DNA of 64,000 bases from Octopus bimaculoides (taxonomy: Eukaryota): NCBI RefSeq assembly GCF_001194135.2, contig NC_068984.1, forward strand, positions 21,390,163 to 21,454,162, read 5' to 3'. Of the stretch, positions 26,285 to 39,022 are shown in pieces. The notes under the pieces are model-generated. The model had not been told where the DNA came from, made no database searches, and saw nothing but the letters and a program-made list of their open reading frames with translations. Every line of letters begins with the position of its first letter. Position 1 is the first letter of the stretch. The position numbers and the translations under genes were made by a program.

Positions 26285-26800
26285 TTTTGTTGGAGCTCCT
26301 GGAGTCTTGCATGCATAGCTGGCTTACTACCTGTAGCCTATGGTACCATGCTATTCGTTCTTTTCTGCTATCTAATACTTTCCTGGTTATTCTGGTTGTG
26401 CCAAGGAGGCAAACCTTTTGTAACAGTTCTACTGGGCACTCTATTCCAATTTCCTTTATATTCGTCTTGATGCCTTCCGATACTGTTCCCAAGGACCCAA
26501 CAATAATTGGCACTATTTTCACCTTCTTCATTTTCCATAGCTGCGCTATTTCATACTTAAGAAAGTTGTACCTATCTGTCTTTTCGTCTTCCTTCTTGGC
26601 TATTCGTCGGTCAAAGGGTCATGCAACATCAACTACATAGCACCACTAGGCCTTGTCTGTTATGCTCTAACACCTGATCTGTTTGGATTGGGAACTCCCA
26701 GAGGATTTTGCTAGTCTCTGACTCTGCCACTCTCTGCGGTTTGTGCTCATACCATGTCTTGCCTCTCTCTAGCCACCACTTTTCACACAGTTTCCAATGT
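26285..26800 (-). mobile_element. Dong/R4-like LINE, 3' restriction-like endonuclease copy 1
   Basis: KILWEFPIQTD..LEHNR; VDVA*PFDRRIAKKEDEK; VPIIVGSLGTV...LLQKVCLLGT; flanked by (TAA)n tracts. Confidence 0.85.
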
Positions 26801-26818
26801 AGCACTTTCGCATTATTA

Positions 26819-26868
<50 letters not shown>

Positions 26869-27288
26869 GTTATTGTTATTGAGGCAGTGAGCTGACAGAA
26901 TCATTTGCATGCCAGACAAAATCCTTAGTGACATTTTTTCCAGCTTGATGTTCTGAGTTCAAATTCCACTAAGGTCAACTTTGCCTTTCATCTTTGCTGG
27001 GTCGATAAAATAAGTGCCATTTGAGCACTGGGGTTTGCCTTTCATCCTTCTGAGGTTGCTAAAATAAGTACCAGTTGAACACTGGGGTTGACATAATTAG
27101 CTACCCCCTACCCCCACCCCACCCCTACCGCCCAATTTAGTCCTTGTTAGACGTTTTACTCTTCACAGCAACTCAAACACATCAACAATCTACAATTTCT
27201 CTTTTAAATGAAGTTTTGTTAATACAAACCTCCATCTGTCTCCCCAGATACCTTAGAAATCTGTTTTATCTTGATCCTCATATCTCAC

Positions 27289-27481
27289 CTTGAGCTTAGA
27301 TTTCTGCCAAAATCTTCAATCCAAAACCTTTCATCCTCATCCAATGGTAGTGCACTAAAAATTACTAACTGGACCAATGACAACATTTCCTCAGGTTTTT
27401 GAGCAGATATTGCACAGGATAGATTTATTGCAGCACATGTAATAATTGCTGGCAGCCTATTAACATCTTCTATTATTGAAT
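27289..27481 (-). CDS. NOXRED1: NOXRED1-like coding exon 4 (SIIEDVNRLPAIITCAAINLSCAISAQKPEEMLSLVQLVIFSALPLDEDERFWIEDFGRNLSS)
   Basis: Acceptor gtaatttcag|AT, donor CAAG|gtgaga; 193 nt, phase 1 to 2; in frame with exons 3 and 5. Confidence 0.85.
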
Positions 27482-28029
27482 CTGAAATTACATTTGGAAA
27501 AATAATTATTAGTAATGAAAGCAATATTTTTACCAAAAGACAATCTTTATATCTAACTTGTCATGAATGTGATCTCTTTATTTGGCACTATGGCCATAAC
27601 ACGGAGGGCACAGCACAAAGACAGACAGAACATCACAGTGGGGACAAAAAACATAAAACGAATGAAAAATGGTAAAGTGTACAATGAAATCAATGGTGAT
27701 GAAATGGCTGCATGCACCCCACTCACATGCAGTACTATTTGAACATTCTTACTTTACGTTTATAATCTTTTTCAATGTTTTTTCCTATTAGCATCATTTT
27801 GTTTTACTCTTTTTACCCTTTTTTTCCTCCTTTTTTTAAACCACAATTTACTCTCTTTTTTAATACCTCATATATGGCTCTATTTCTCAATGGTTACTAT
27901 GTTGGTATTTAGTATTCACTCTTTTATTTGTGCCAGTTTGTTGCCATACTGGGGCACCACCTTAAAGGGATAAATCGATCAAATTCACCCTAGTATTATT
28001 TTTGTGACTGGTACCAGATGTAAAAATAA

Positions 28030-28135
28030 AGGTAGGTTGGTAGGTAGGTAGGTAGGTTGGTAGGTAGGTAGGTAGGTAGGTAAGTAGGTATGTAGGTAGG
28101 TAAATAGGTAGGTAGGTAGGTAGGTAGGTAGGTCA
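28030..28135. repeat. (GGTA)n microsatellite, one of many (TA, CA, TACA, ATT, GGTT) arrays in the window
   Basis: Read directly. Confidence 0.95.
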
Positions 28136-28290
28136 TTATTCAGTTTTAATTTTAGATATTTTGCTAATAGAGAAAGAGCTGGTTTCTAACTCAGATCCAA
28201 GGCTCCTTCATTGGAATTTCAACATCAACAGGATATTTTTGTATGTATGCATGTATGTATGTATGTGTGTATGAATGTATGTATGTGTGT

Positions 28291-28523
28291 GTTATTTCTT
28301 TACTACCCATAAGGGGCTACACACAGAGGGGACAAACAAGGACAGACAAACGGATTAAGTTCATTATATTGACCCCAGTGCATAACTGGTACTTATTTAA
28401 TCGACTCCGAAAGGATGAAAGGCAAAGTTGACCTCGGCGGAATTTGAACTCAGAACATAGCGGCAAACGAAATACCACTAAGCATTTCGCCTGGCGTGCT
28501 AACGTTTCTGCCAGCTCGCCGCC
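28291..28523 (-). mobile_element. Nin/Deu-core SINE, tail type 2, young copy in NOXRED1 intron 3
   Basis: Same head, core and tail as 52924-53153. Confidence 0.85.
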
Positions 28524-28689
28524 TATATGTATGTGTGTGTGTGTGCATGTATGTATGTTTGTTGTATGTATGTATGTATGTATATGTGCAGATTTGTTTA
28601 TTTTGTTTTATGCATGTATTCTCATGTATATAGTTGCGTGTCTAGACATGCTCATATATATATATATAAATGATAAACTTCTGGAAAGC

Positions 28690-29180
28690 TTTATAGATTT
28701 TTACAGTTCCAGTGATGGCTTGGATCAGTAGTTTTCAAATCAGCTCTCTCCTTTCTGATTTTGAGAAGCTTAATTTCTCAAGATTGGTATTTAGTTAGTG
28801 TATTACATATATATCCCAGTGCCCCAATAATTACAGGTATAAACCTGAACTTGTAATCTGGATAGAGTAACTGTAGATTCCTCAATAGTTCAGCATAGGT
28901 ATTTTCCTTTTTGCTGATCTTTAGCTTTATGTTAACATCTGCTGGGCAGCTAATTTCCACAATTGTGCACGGTTTCTCTTCTCTATCCCAAATCCTTATA
29001 TCAGATCTATTGTACTTTCATCTTATTGAGGTTTTCACTGGGATATTCCACCAGTACTCCTTTTTATTATGAGTGAATATAGCTTCTACCATACTGCAAG
29101 TTCTTATATTTTTAGTTTCAGGGTTATCCTTCCAACGGATCTCATTATACAGTGTCCTATCTACAATATGACTCATTGGT
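28690..29180 (-). mobile_element. REL-endonuclease non-LTR retrotransposon 3' fragment (second family)
   Basis: YWWNIPVKTS, IRIWD, VEISCPADVNI, FIPVIIGALG. Confidence 0.8.
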
Positions 29181-29283
29181 AGATAATATTGTTTGTTTGT
29201 TTGTTTATTTGCATTTATGTATGTATGTAATGTATGTATGTATGTAATGTATGTATGTATGTATGTATGTATGTATGTATGTA

Positions 29284-29315
<32 letters not shown>

Positions 29316-29933
29316 ACTCTCTCTCCTGTATTTAATCATTTAAATTCTTCCTCTGAAGAAGGGGCTGATTTCTAACAAAGATACCAAGCTCCATCATTGG
29401 AGTGAAGATAATTTAAACAATGTCATAATTTAAACTTAAGGAAAGTCTTGCATATTTATACTGTTTCACTTACAGATTGTATTTGTAATGTGTGAGTTGG
29501 TTCATTTCCTTCTCTGAAAGCCCTAGTTTATCCAGACTGCCATTTGGGACATTTACTCACAAAATCAAATGCACCAAGTATTATTGGTATAAATATGAAT
29601 TTATAATCTGGATATAGAAGCTAGAGGTTTTGAAGCAGCTGTCCATAGTTATCCTCTTTCTCTTAGATTTTCAAAGAGATATTCACAACAACAGGACAGC
29701 CAACCTCTATGACCGTACATACTTATTACTGTCTACCCCAGACAACAATATCTGGCCTGTTCTGCTTACACTTGACAGCTGTTTTGATGGGAATGTTCCA
29801 CCAGCATTCCTTGTGTTGATGTTTGTGTATGTATTCAGTAACAGGGGGATTCTATGTATGTATGTATGTATGTATGTATGTATGTATGTATGTATGTATG
29901 TATTTATGTATGTATGTATGTTTGTATGTATGT

Positions 29934-30100
29934 ATAGCTGAAGAATGGACAAAAATTCCTTTGGAAACAATTCAAACTTTGTACAAGTCCATACCTCATA
30001 GAATTCATGCTGTAACTACTGCCAAAGGCGGTCCTACCCCATATTAAAATTAATTTTTTTTGAAATTTTAAGGTGTTTCCATTATTTTGTCCAACCCCTG
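29934..30100 (+). mobile_element. 3' end of a second Tc1-family element
   Basis: IAEEWTKIPLETIQTLYKSIPHRIHAVTTAKGGPTPY* then right TIR (reverse complement CAGGGGTTGGACAAAATAATGGAAAC) and TA. Confidence 0.85.
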
Positions 30101-30107
30101 TATGTAT

Positions 30108-30745
30108 TAAGGGTACTGAAAAGCAATGCCATATTTTCAAGCGAATAGTCTTATGTCATACCACAAATTGTTTGCAAGCCAATAAAATGTGACCTTGCAT
30201 TCAACCAATCAGCACAGATTTAATGACAAAACATTAGAATGGACATGTGTTGTGTATGTATATGCATTATACAATAGCCCATGGAAGGGAAGAACTTCAG
30301 TAAGTTGCATATTTGGCATTGCATGTTTTCTGAATTTTATCACAGCAACAATGCAATACATATTAGGGTAAACATATGTACTGTATATTTTGATGGTGTG
30401 TCTGGAAATGTAAAAGGTGGTTTAAGAAATTCAAAAATGGTGAATTCGATCTTTTGGACAAGTATAGATTAAAAATACCAAATGTTCTCACTAATGACAC
30501 AGTGCAAACTGCAACTGAGGAGGATCCATGTCAAAGTATTGGGGACTTAAAATATTTTGGCCCACTGTTCAAGAGTATCTCAATCACACTGAGAGAAAGT
30601 GTGTCAAGAAATGGAGAACCTCATGATAATGCAAGGTTACATTTCAACAAAGATAACTCAAGCCAAAATAAATTTATTAGGCTGGGAAGTTTTCCCTCAC
30701 CTTCCCTACCCACCAAATCTAGCATCCCCCCCACCAGCTTACTCA
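30108..30745 (+). mobile_element. Degenerate mariner transposase remnant
   Basis: HIWHCMFSEF...NICTVY; the catalytic region reads HDNAR, then KINLLGWEVFPHLPYPPNLA (cf. HPPYSPDLAP). Confidence 0.75.
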
Positions 30746-30889
30746 TATTACCCTTGTTGTATTCAACCAGCACCTCTCAGTCCCTGACTCACCACTATAC
30801 CTAGTCTTTCCTCTCCAGAACACCATCCGTCTAGAATATTCTCCCAGCTCATGTCTCTCCAGCAGCTGTTGACCGGCAACAGTTTAAAC

Positions 30890-31008
30890 CAATGGTTCTC
30901 AACTGGGGTCCACATGACCCTTGGGGGGGGGGGGGCTTTTGTTGTTAAAATTTATCTGTAATAAATTGATTATACTTCAACAATATATCAAATGGTTGAG
31001 ACCCACTG
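30890..31008. mobile_element. 119-bp hAT (Charlie-type) MITE
   Basis: TIR CAATGGTTCTCAAC / GTTGAGACCCACTG; 8-bp TSD gtttaaac / gtttaagc. Confidence 0.8.
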
Positions 31009-31049
31009 GTTTAAGCATTACATGAACTGCATCAAGTTCACTGGTCTGA

Positions 31050-31420
31050 GGAGGTTTTGCAAAGGTTATGGACACTTCCCCTTCCTCTAGATCAGCAATT
31101 AAAAGAGAAGAAAGCCGTCAATGGGTAAGGGGTAATGGAGATGACGTGTAGAGCCAAAGGATGTAAGGAAGTTCAAATATTTTTGGTATAGGTGGCTGGA
31201 GGAAAGGCAAAATAGAATTAAGATGTTCAAATGTGCTGAGAGAATTGTAATTGTAGGAGATGTGATAGGGAAGGTACAAATCAATGATAGGGCGAGCTGT
31301 TATAAATTATTGGTAAATGAAGGTTTGTCTGTTTGGTGGAGGACTTTATACAGTAGGTTGGTGGATGCTCTGAGATTGTAGATTGATGAATATCATGAAA
31401 CAGCTATATTGATTAATAGA
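31050..31420 (-). mobile_element. Penelope-like RT fragment
   Basis: Degenerate TV*SPPNRQTFI...HP pattern (cf. TSVYRKPT..YLH.SSCHP). Confidence 0.4.
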
Positions 31421-31731
31421 TTATTTGGTGTATTGAACATTAATTTAAAATGTCAGCAAGATTGGTTCATAATCTCTGAAACCTTTTAATTAATAAAACC
31501 TCTGAATTAGTGAGAATACTTCTACTTGGCTACTAAATCTGCTAAAAATAGCAGTTAAAGCTTCCTCAGATTATAACTTATCATCTTAAAAAAAAGGAAA
31601 TATGCATTAGATAATTACAGTTGGAATACATTTGATTATAGATCTTCTCAAGGAGAGCTGACCAAGGGCTGAATAGTATCAAAACAATAACAATAACTAA
31701 AATCAAAAGTACTATAAAATATAGACTTTAC

Positions 31732-32067
31732 CTGAGCCCCTGAATGGCAGAAACATTTTTAGTAGATCCTCGTCACTTAGAATATCCGGAATCTTCATTT
31801 GTTCCCACTTTATGCTGGCTGTGGTCTCTTCACTAATATAAACATCCAAGTTGTAAACATTGTCAGTTCTAAGCATTGTAGCCAGCTTCTGGAGGTCCTG
31901 ACCTGCTAAAATGCTGTAGACAATGCATTTTCTTGATAAGTGGTCCCTAATTTCTTTTGACAGCAAGGTAAGTTGTGATGGCGGGATGGCAAGTAACAAA
32001 ACCTCTGCAAATCTACACACTTCGAAATTATCATCAGTGCAGGAAATTCCTTCTATCGTAAATTCAT
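31732..32067 (-). CDS. NOXRED1: NOXRED1-like coding exon 3 (EFTIEGISCTDDNFEVCRFAEVLLLAIPPSQL...MFLPFRGS)
   Basis: Acceptor tattttgcag|AT, donor TCAG|gtaaag; 336 nt, phase 1 to 1. AEVLLLAIPPSQL...CIVYSILAG matches the P5CR/NOXRED1 ADVIFLCCLPSQL...SIVYSFVAA pattern. Confidence 0.9.
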
Positions 32068-32375
32068 CTGCAAAATACATGGAAAAAATTAATTAGTCAC
32101 AAACATGAACATCCTTGCTTAATTAATGCTGGGATAATTATTGTAATACAAAAATAGGTGCTGCTGTGGTTTGTATCCTAATTCTCGCAATTATTCTTCT
32201 ATGACATTATTAATACTTTGAAGGGTTTAGTTGGACAAATTAATGTTATTACTTATCTTAAAATTGGTACTTATACCTACCAGTTTCTTTTGCTGAATTG
32301 CCAAGTTATGGGGATGTAAACAAACCAACATTGATTGTCAAGTAGAGGCGGGAAACAAACACAAACATACATATG

Positions 32376-32415
<40 letters not shown>

Positions 32416-32429
32416 AACTACAATTTCCT

Positions 32430-34285
32430 TTTGATTTTACTTTTGATTTTACTTTTGATGAACTTGACTCAATAGGTGTCCTCAAGCACAGCATGTCACC
32501 CTACAGTTCAAGGTACTTTTGAGTGGGCTGGTTTTGCGACACTGGTGTAGGTTACAGCTGTGAACTCACTTTATTTGCCGGGTCTTCTCAGTCACAGCAC
32601 ATCTCCAGAGATCTCGGTGTTTCGTCATTGCCTCTATGAGGCCCAGCATTTCAAGGTCATACTTCACCACCTCATTCCATGTCTTTCTAGGTCTCCCTCT
32701 ACCCTGGATTCTTTCAACTGTTTGAGAGTAGTACTCCTTCACACAGCTCTCCTCATCCATCTGTAGTACATGACCATGCCAATGCAAACGTCTCTCTTGA
32801 ACACCACATCCGATGCTTTCTCTCAGGGTGCTTACACTCTGTCATGCATGTACACTGACATTACACATCCAGTGGATCATGCTAGCTTCATTTCTTTCAA
32901 GCCTACGCATGTCTTCAGCAGTCATGGCCCATGTTTCACCGCCGTGAAGCATGGCAGTTCGCACACATGCATTGTACAATCTACCTTTCACTCTGAGTGA
33001 GAAGCCCTTTGTCACCAGTAGGGGTAGAAGCTTTCTGAACTTTACCCAGGCTATTCTTATTCTTATTCTCAGAGCATCCACCCCCACTACAGACTTGGTC
33101 ACCTAGGTAGCAGAAGCTATCAACTACTTCTAGTTTCTCACCCTGGCATGTGATGGAATCTGTTTTCTGAGAATCTGTGGTGTTTATTGCCCCTGTGCAT
33201 CTGCCACACATGAAAGTTATCTTCCCAGTTAATCTTCCTGTGATGTTGCTGCACTTCTTATGTGTCCATAGCTTACACTGGGTACATCTTATGGAGTTTC
33301 TACCTACACCTTTTCTACAGATCGAGCAGGGGTGTGTGATGTGTTCACCTTCCTAGTTACTAGAACTTTGGTCTTTGCAACATTGACTCTAAGGCCTTTC
33401 AATTCTAAACATTGCTTCTACAACTGAAATTTCTTCTCTAGTTCTGGTAGTGATTCTGCTATGAGGGCATAGAGGAGCTCCCAGGAGCAACCTGTCTTGA
33501 ATTCCTCTGATATTACCTGCAGGACTATAATGAATAAAAGGGACTGAGGGCTGATCCTCGGTAGACCCCTACTTTATCCAGAATTCTTCACTATACTCAT
33601 TGCCAACCCTAACCTTACTAACGGCATCTCTGCATAGGGCCTGTATAGTCTCTATTAACCATTCATCAATCCCCAGTTTCTGCATTGCCCACCAAATAAG
33701 GGATTGGGGGACCCTGTCAAAGGCTTTCTCCAAGGCCACAAAAGCCAAGTATAGGGGTTTATCTTTGGCTAGGTATTTCTTCTGCAGTTGCTGTACCAGG
33801 AATATAGCATCAGTGGTGCTTATATTGGGCACAAAACCGAACTGCATCTCATCTAAGCAGACTCTCTCCCTAATTAGTTGGGCTATGACCCTCTCCCTGA
33901 CTTTCATCACTTGATCCAGCAGGTTGATACCCCTGTAGTTATTTCTATCTAAAGCATCACCTTTACCTTTGTAGCAGTTAACTATGGTGCTGCTATGCCA
34001 GTCATTGGGTATGACTCCATCATGAACTACCTGGTTTACAATACAGGTGACTAGGCCATAGCCCACATCACCAGATGTCTTAAGCATCTCAACAGTGATT
34101 CCTGATGGGCCGGGGTCTTTTCCTGGCTTCATACCCTTAATTGCTTTATCTACCAGGGTGCTGTCTATTTGGATAGCTGGTCCCTCTACTGGGTCAACAT
34201 TTGGCAGGCTCTCCTCCTCCCATTCATTCACCATGTTCAGCAGTCTTTCATAATGGCTTCTCCAAGCCTCTTTCTTTTCCAAATC
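32430..34285 (-). mobile_element. 5'-truncated RTE-clade LINE (reverse transcriptase and C-terminus), in NOXRED1 intron 2
   Basis: 253-aa ORF with KPGKDPGPSGI, YKGKGD, NYRGINLL, QFGFVP, FVALEKAFDRVP; downstream frames FCYLGD, LYNACVRTAMLHGGETW, WHGHVLQM, GRGRPRKTW. Confidence 0.93.
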
Positions 34286-34828
34286 ACTAAAAACAAGTGA
34301 AAAATGGTTGTGGAGCACTGGCCTGGACATGTGACTTATTTTACCTTAAAACCATTTTAAATGTTTCCAGTCTCAGCAACAACACAAAAGGTGCCTTCAG
34401 ATTTTCTTCCTAATATCTGGGATTTAAATAATTCAATTTTTTAAACTACTAGTTTCATACTTTGGGTTTATAATGTTGACAATATACTTCAACTAGACCA
34501 ACTTCCTGCTGTCTTTCAGCTACCCAACATTGCTCTCCAATGCTGGCTTTGAACTCAGGTCTTTCTTCTCTCACAGAGAGTTTTAATATTTTTAACCACT
34601 AAGAACTCTAAAATTATCCAGCAAAAATAAAGATTCCAACTTCAAACCTATTTTAAAGAACCACAAGAATTAAGTACCTGAAGATATTCTAGAATTGATT
34701 CAAGAGTAATGTAGTGACAAACACGAATATATCACAAATGGGGTTAACAATCTTTTAATTTTAAATCCCAGTAATTAATCACAGATATCAAAACAGTTAA
34801 GCTTCTTGAAAAAAATAGTCCTACATAC

Positions 34829-35019
34829 CAAGCTGTTCTGGAGTTCTTGTTGAAATGAGCAAATTATGAGGCTTTATATTATTCTGATATAATAGACATC
34901 GGACGATTTGTTGTCCAATAACGCCACAGCCAATCATACCAATACGAACACCAGGTATTTTTTTGTTAGGTATTTTGAAACTTGCATCTTTACATAATTC
35001 TTTTGAAATTACAGCTTTC
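34829..35019 (-). CDS. NOXRED1: NOXRED1-like coding exon 2 with Rossmann GxGxxG (KAVISKELCKDASFKIPNKKIPGVRIGMIGCGVIGQQIVRCLLYQNNIKPHNLLISTRTPEQL-D)
   Basis: Translated by hand; absent from the ORF track. Acceptor tctctgttaatccag|G, donor CTTG|gtatgt; 191 nt, phase 2 to 1. IGMIGCGVIG dinucleotide-binding loop and ISTRTPEQL match recalled NOXRED1 VGIIGGGHLG / ISTRRPETL. Confidence 0.9.
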
Positions 35020-35139
35020 CTGGATTAACAGAGAAGAGCAGATAACATGTAAATAAAGAGATAAGAGTGCACACACACACACACACAGAACATATAAGCA
35101 AACAGGAACATAACTCCCCCCACACACACACATATGTAT

Positions 35140-35550
35140 CCGAACATGGCCGATGCCGAGTCAAGTACATCGATATCAGCAATATCAAAATCAAATCAAA
35201 TGGAAATTTCAGTTGCAAGCCCCGTGCCGGTAGCATGTAAAAAGTACCATCCAAATGTAGCCAATGCCAGTGCCGCCTTGACTGGCTTCCGTGCCAGTGG
35301 CACGTAAAACGCACCATCTAAACATGGTCAATGCCAGCTCCTCCGGCCCCTTGTGCTGGTGGCACGTAAAAAGCACCCACTACACACTCGAAGTGGTTGG
35401 TGTTAGGAAGGGCATCCAGCTGTAGAAACACTGCCAGATCAGATTGGGGCCTGGTGCAGCCTCCTGGCTTCCCAGACCTCAGTCGAACTGTCCAACCCAT
35501 GCCAGCATGGAAAACGGACGTTAAACGATGATGATGATGATGATGATGAT
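35140..35550 (+). mobile_element. Abundant retroposon (SINE or LINE-3'-derived) ending in a (GAT)n tail
   Basis: ...ggttggtgttaggaagggcatccagctgtagaaa...catgccagcatggaaaacggacgttaaacgatgatgatg. Copies at ~1125-1640(-), 2088-2278(+), 5075-5300(+), 7238-7396(-), 9880-10270(+), 19960-20130(-), 22780-23022(+), 46670-46875(+), 60820-60980(-), 63770-64000(-). Confidence 0.85.
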
Positions 35551-36437
35551 ATATATGTACACAATGAATATGCTATGATATGAGAAATGTAATGTCAGTT
35601 TGCAGTTTGTGCTATGTGTATAACTTTATGCTATTTCTATTCATTGTAGCTTTTTTTTTGCTTGGTATAAACATAGTACAATATCATTTAGACATCTGCA
35701 TATATTTTGCAAAATAATCTTTAACTTTTCAAATTTTAGCATTTCATAGTCTCAGTATCCACATTACTATGACACTTAGTTGAGTGTGTGCGTGTGTGTA
35801 CATGTGAGTGTAGTGTGTGCATGCAGATAGATGGTGGTGGCAGTGGTGGTGGTGGTGGTGGTGGTGGTGGTGGTGGTGAATCTTCTGATCAAAGGAAGAA
35901 AACTATATTTCCATCTATTTTTACAAATTGTTGATGCTATCAGTTAGTTGCAACTCTTGGCAGTTCTGCTATTTTTCAGTGATGGAGCAGAATTAGAATT
36001 CTAAATGCACAAACCCAGAACAAATACTACAAGGCATTACATCCAATGCTCTCACAATTCTGACAATCCACTGCCCTAGCCTGCTAATTTTTCTTATCAA
36101 TCCTGAAAGGAAAGAAGACAAAGGTGATCTTGGCAGGATTTGAACTTAGAACACCAAGTTGAAACAAATACTGTGAAGCTTTCTATCCAGCACTCTAGCA
36201 ACTCTGAAAATCTGCTATCTTTAAGCCTAACATGCGCATATTAAAGGTGGTGCTCCAGCATAGCCACAGACAAATAACTGAAACAAGTAAAAGAATAAAA
36301 GAATATATACTTCTACCAGTTTAATCAACCTTATACACAAATACACACACATACACATATGCATATCTACCAATCAACTACCTTCTACACAGACACATAC
36401 ATTTACCCATTTGCTACTCTTTACTCAGATACACACA

Positions 36438-36478
<41 letters not shown>

Positions 36479-38890
36479 TCACACACAAACACATACACGT
36501 ACACAAAGACACAAACATACACATACAAACACATGTATGTATCAACCTATTTGCTACCTTATACACAGATGCACACATGTCTGTACCTTTTAATTTATTG
36601 CCTCATACACACCTGTATACAGGTACATGTATGTGTGTCACAATTCGAATCTTCAGAAGTTATTTCTCCAGGTAATTTAGTGTTTGACTATAGCTGTTGA
36701 AATGTTTTGAATTATGCATCCACACATTTCTGCCACTGGATAGACAGAAAGTTTTCAGGAAGAATGTATTTTTCCAGATATTTTTTTGTTCCTTACATGT
36801 TATGTTTCATTAATATCTCATATCCACTTTGGATTCAGAAGGAGGACAGAGATAATATTAATATGTCATTCAATAACTTTGTCAATAATTGCAGAAACTT
36901 CCTCTAACCTAGCATAAACACATATTGTTCTGATGCAGCCATTCATTTCAATGAAGAAAACTAAAACAAGAGATTATCTGTTAATATAGGCATGAGAATA
37001 AACATTCTCTTTTTCTTAAATTAAGCATATAATATATTAGCTGCGGTAGCAAATACTGGAAGTCTCTTGCAATATAATGGTGGAATACTGAGCTGTTCAA
37101 GAAATATCAAGAAATCAGGAAAAGGACATGCTGGTTGGTATAGTCTATCATATAAAACTGATGTCAAAGCAAAGCTGCAAAACATTTTCCATCTAATATT
37201 TCTTGAATAGCGCCAAACAGACTGGCTGTACAACAAGAACAATTTGAAGATGAATTACAACAACATGCAGAATGTATTATGTGTTACTAAGAGTTACAAT
37301 GACAAAAATACTTCAATCAAATCAAGAGGAAAATTAGCTAGTACGGAATTGTCCCAATATAGAGTTTGCCTTTTAAATGGAAATATCTAGAAGATAAAAT
37401 TTAAAAACAAACAAAAACACGGTTTTCCTTGCTGACATCCCTATTAACAGTGACTCAACTATCTACATAAAACTCATAGGGTACTCATTCTTTTCTACTC
37501 TAGGCACAAGGCCCAAAATTTGGGGGGAGGCGGGGGCCAGTCGATAAGATTGACCCCAGTATGCAACTGGTACTTAATTTATCGACCCCCCCCCCCCCGA
37601 GAGGATGAAAGGCAAAGTCGACCTTGGCAGAGTTGGAGCTCAGAGTATGAAGACAGACGAAATACTGCTAAGCATTTTGCCCGGCATGTTAACATTTCTG
37701 CCAACTCACCGCCTTTCATAGAGTACTCATTAAGAATGGTTTAGATTGGCAAAACCATTCAGCCTTCCACTGGATATTACAATCATTTTTGAGCAGGTGT
37801 CTTCTCTGAGTGTCTTAACACGCTTGATTGAATTCTACTTGCTTGGAATCTTTAGCTCAGCATCAAAATGTAACCTTCTTGTCTTTTCTATAAGTATTTC
37901 CTTGATCAATTCTCTGATTAACTTTGTGGTCTAGTACCCTCTGTCCAAACCTTTAAACATGCCACTACTTCTTTTCCCAGGTGCATTGTTTCTGAGTTTT
38001 CTGTTAGTCATAAGTCTTTTGTTAGAATGACATTTTTTCTCAAACTGCTGCTCTCTGGCATTCATTACCATTGTCTTGTTTTGCTTTGTTCTATGATATT
38101 CAGTCCTTAAAACTTTCTCTCAATCAACATCTTTTGAATTTATAGGCTTCTTCTTTTCCTTTTCTGTAGTCCCTTACACTACTGTGACCTTAAATCTTGT
38201 TTGAGACAAAATCATATAAAAAGAAACAAACAAATGATTCCTTCACTGATACTTTTAGAATACATCAGTACTTTTGAAATTTATTTAGAGACAAAATGAG
38301 GGATCGTTAAGCTTACATGGGAAATACTGGACAACATTTAGGGAGGGACCTATGTTACTTTGACATCCATCTTAGAAGGAAATTTCTCATTTGCTTTTCA
38401 ATACCAACCATACTTGAAACACATTAACTTGTTTCCACAAACTAACACATGTCCAAATTCTTTTGTGAACTTCTAAGACTGACCCTCTTAATACTTAACC
38501 AGTACTTCTAAATCTTTCAAGTTAACAGTAGTTTCTTCTCAATCTGCTGATGAGTACACTCGATCAGAATGCTAACCAAAAGAAAACCTTAGATCTGCAT
38601 GTATAATCTTGCTTACCTTTAATATGGTAAATATACATTAAATCCTCCTTACATCTAACATAAGCTTTAGCAAAACAAAATAGACAAGAACCACACACAC
38701 ACACACACATATATACATGTATGTTACAAAACCTCCCTATGAATTAACTAGGAATGTTTTTACAATCTCTGTTCACCCACAGGGAAGATTTATAATATTC
38801 AAATTTAATTCTTCTGATTTGCACTGTGTTGCTCGTATGCACAAACACATACATTTGCATGTGTGTATGTGTATATATAAATATATGTAT

Positions 38891-38965
<75 letters not shown>

Positions 38966-39022
38966 TGTGTGTGTGTATGTGTGTGCGTGAGAGGGAGAGA
39001 GAGAGAGAGAAAGAGGGACATA

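Noticed and set aside
36950-38200. Possible extra NOXRED1 exons (e.g. ORF 37021-37242)
   Set aside because: Exon 1 joins exon 2 directly in phase; these segments look like degenerate LINE debris.
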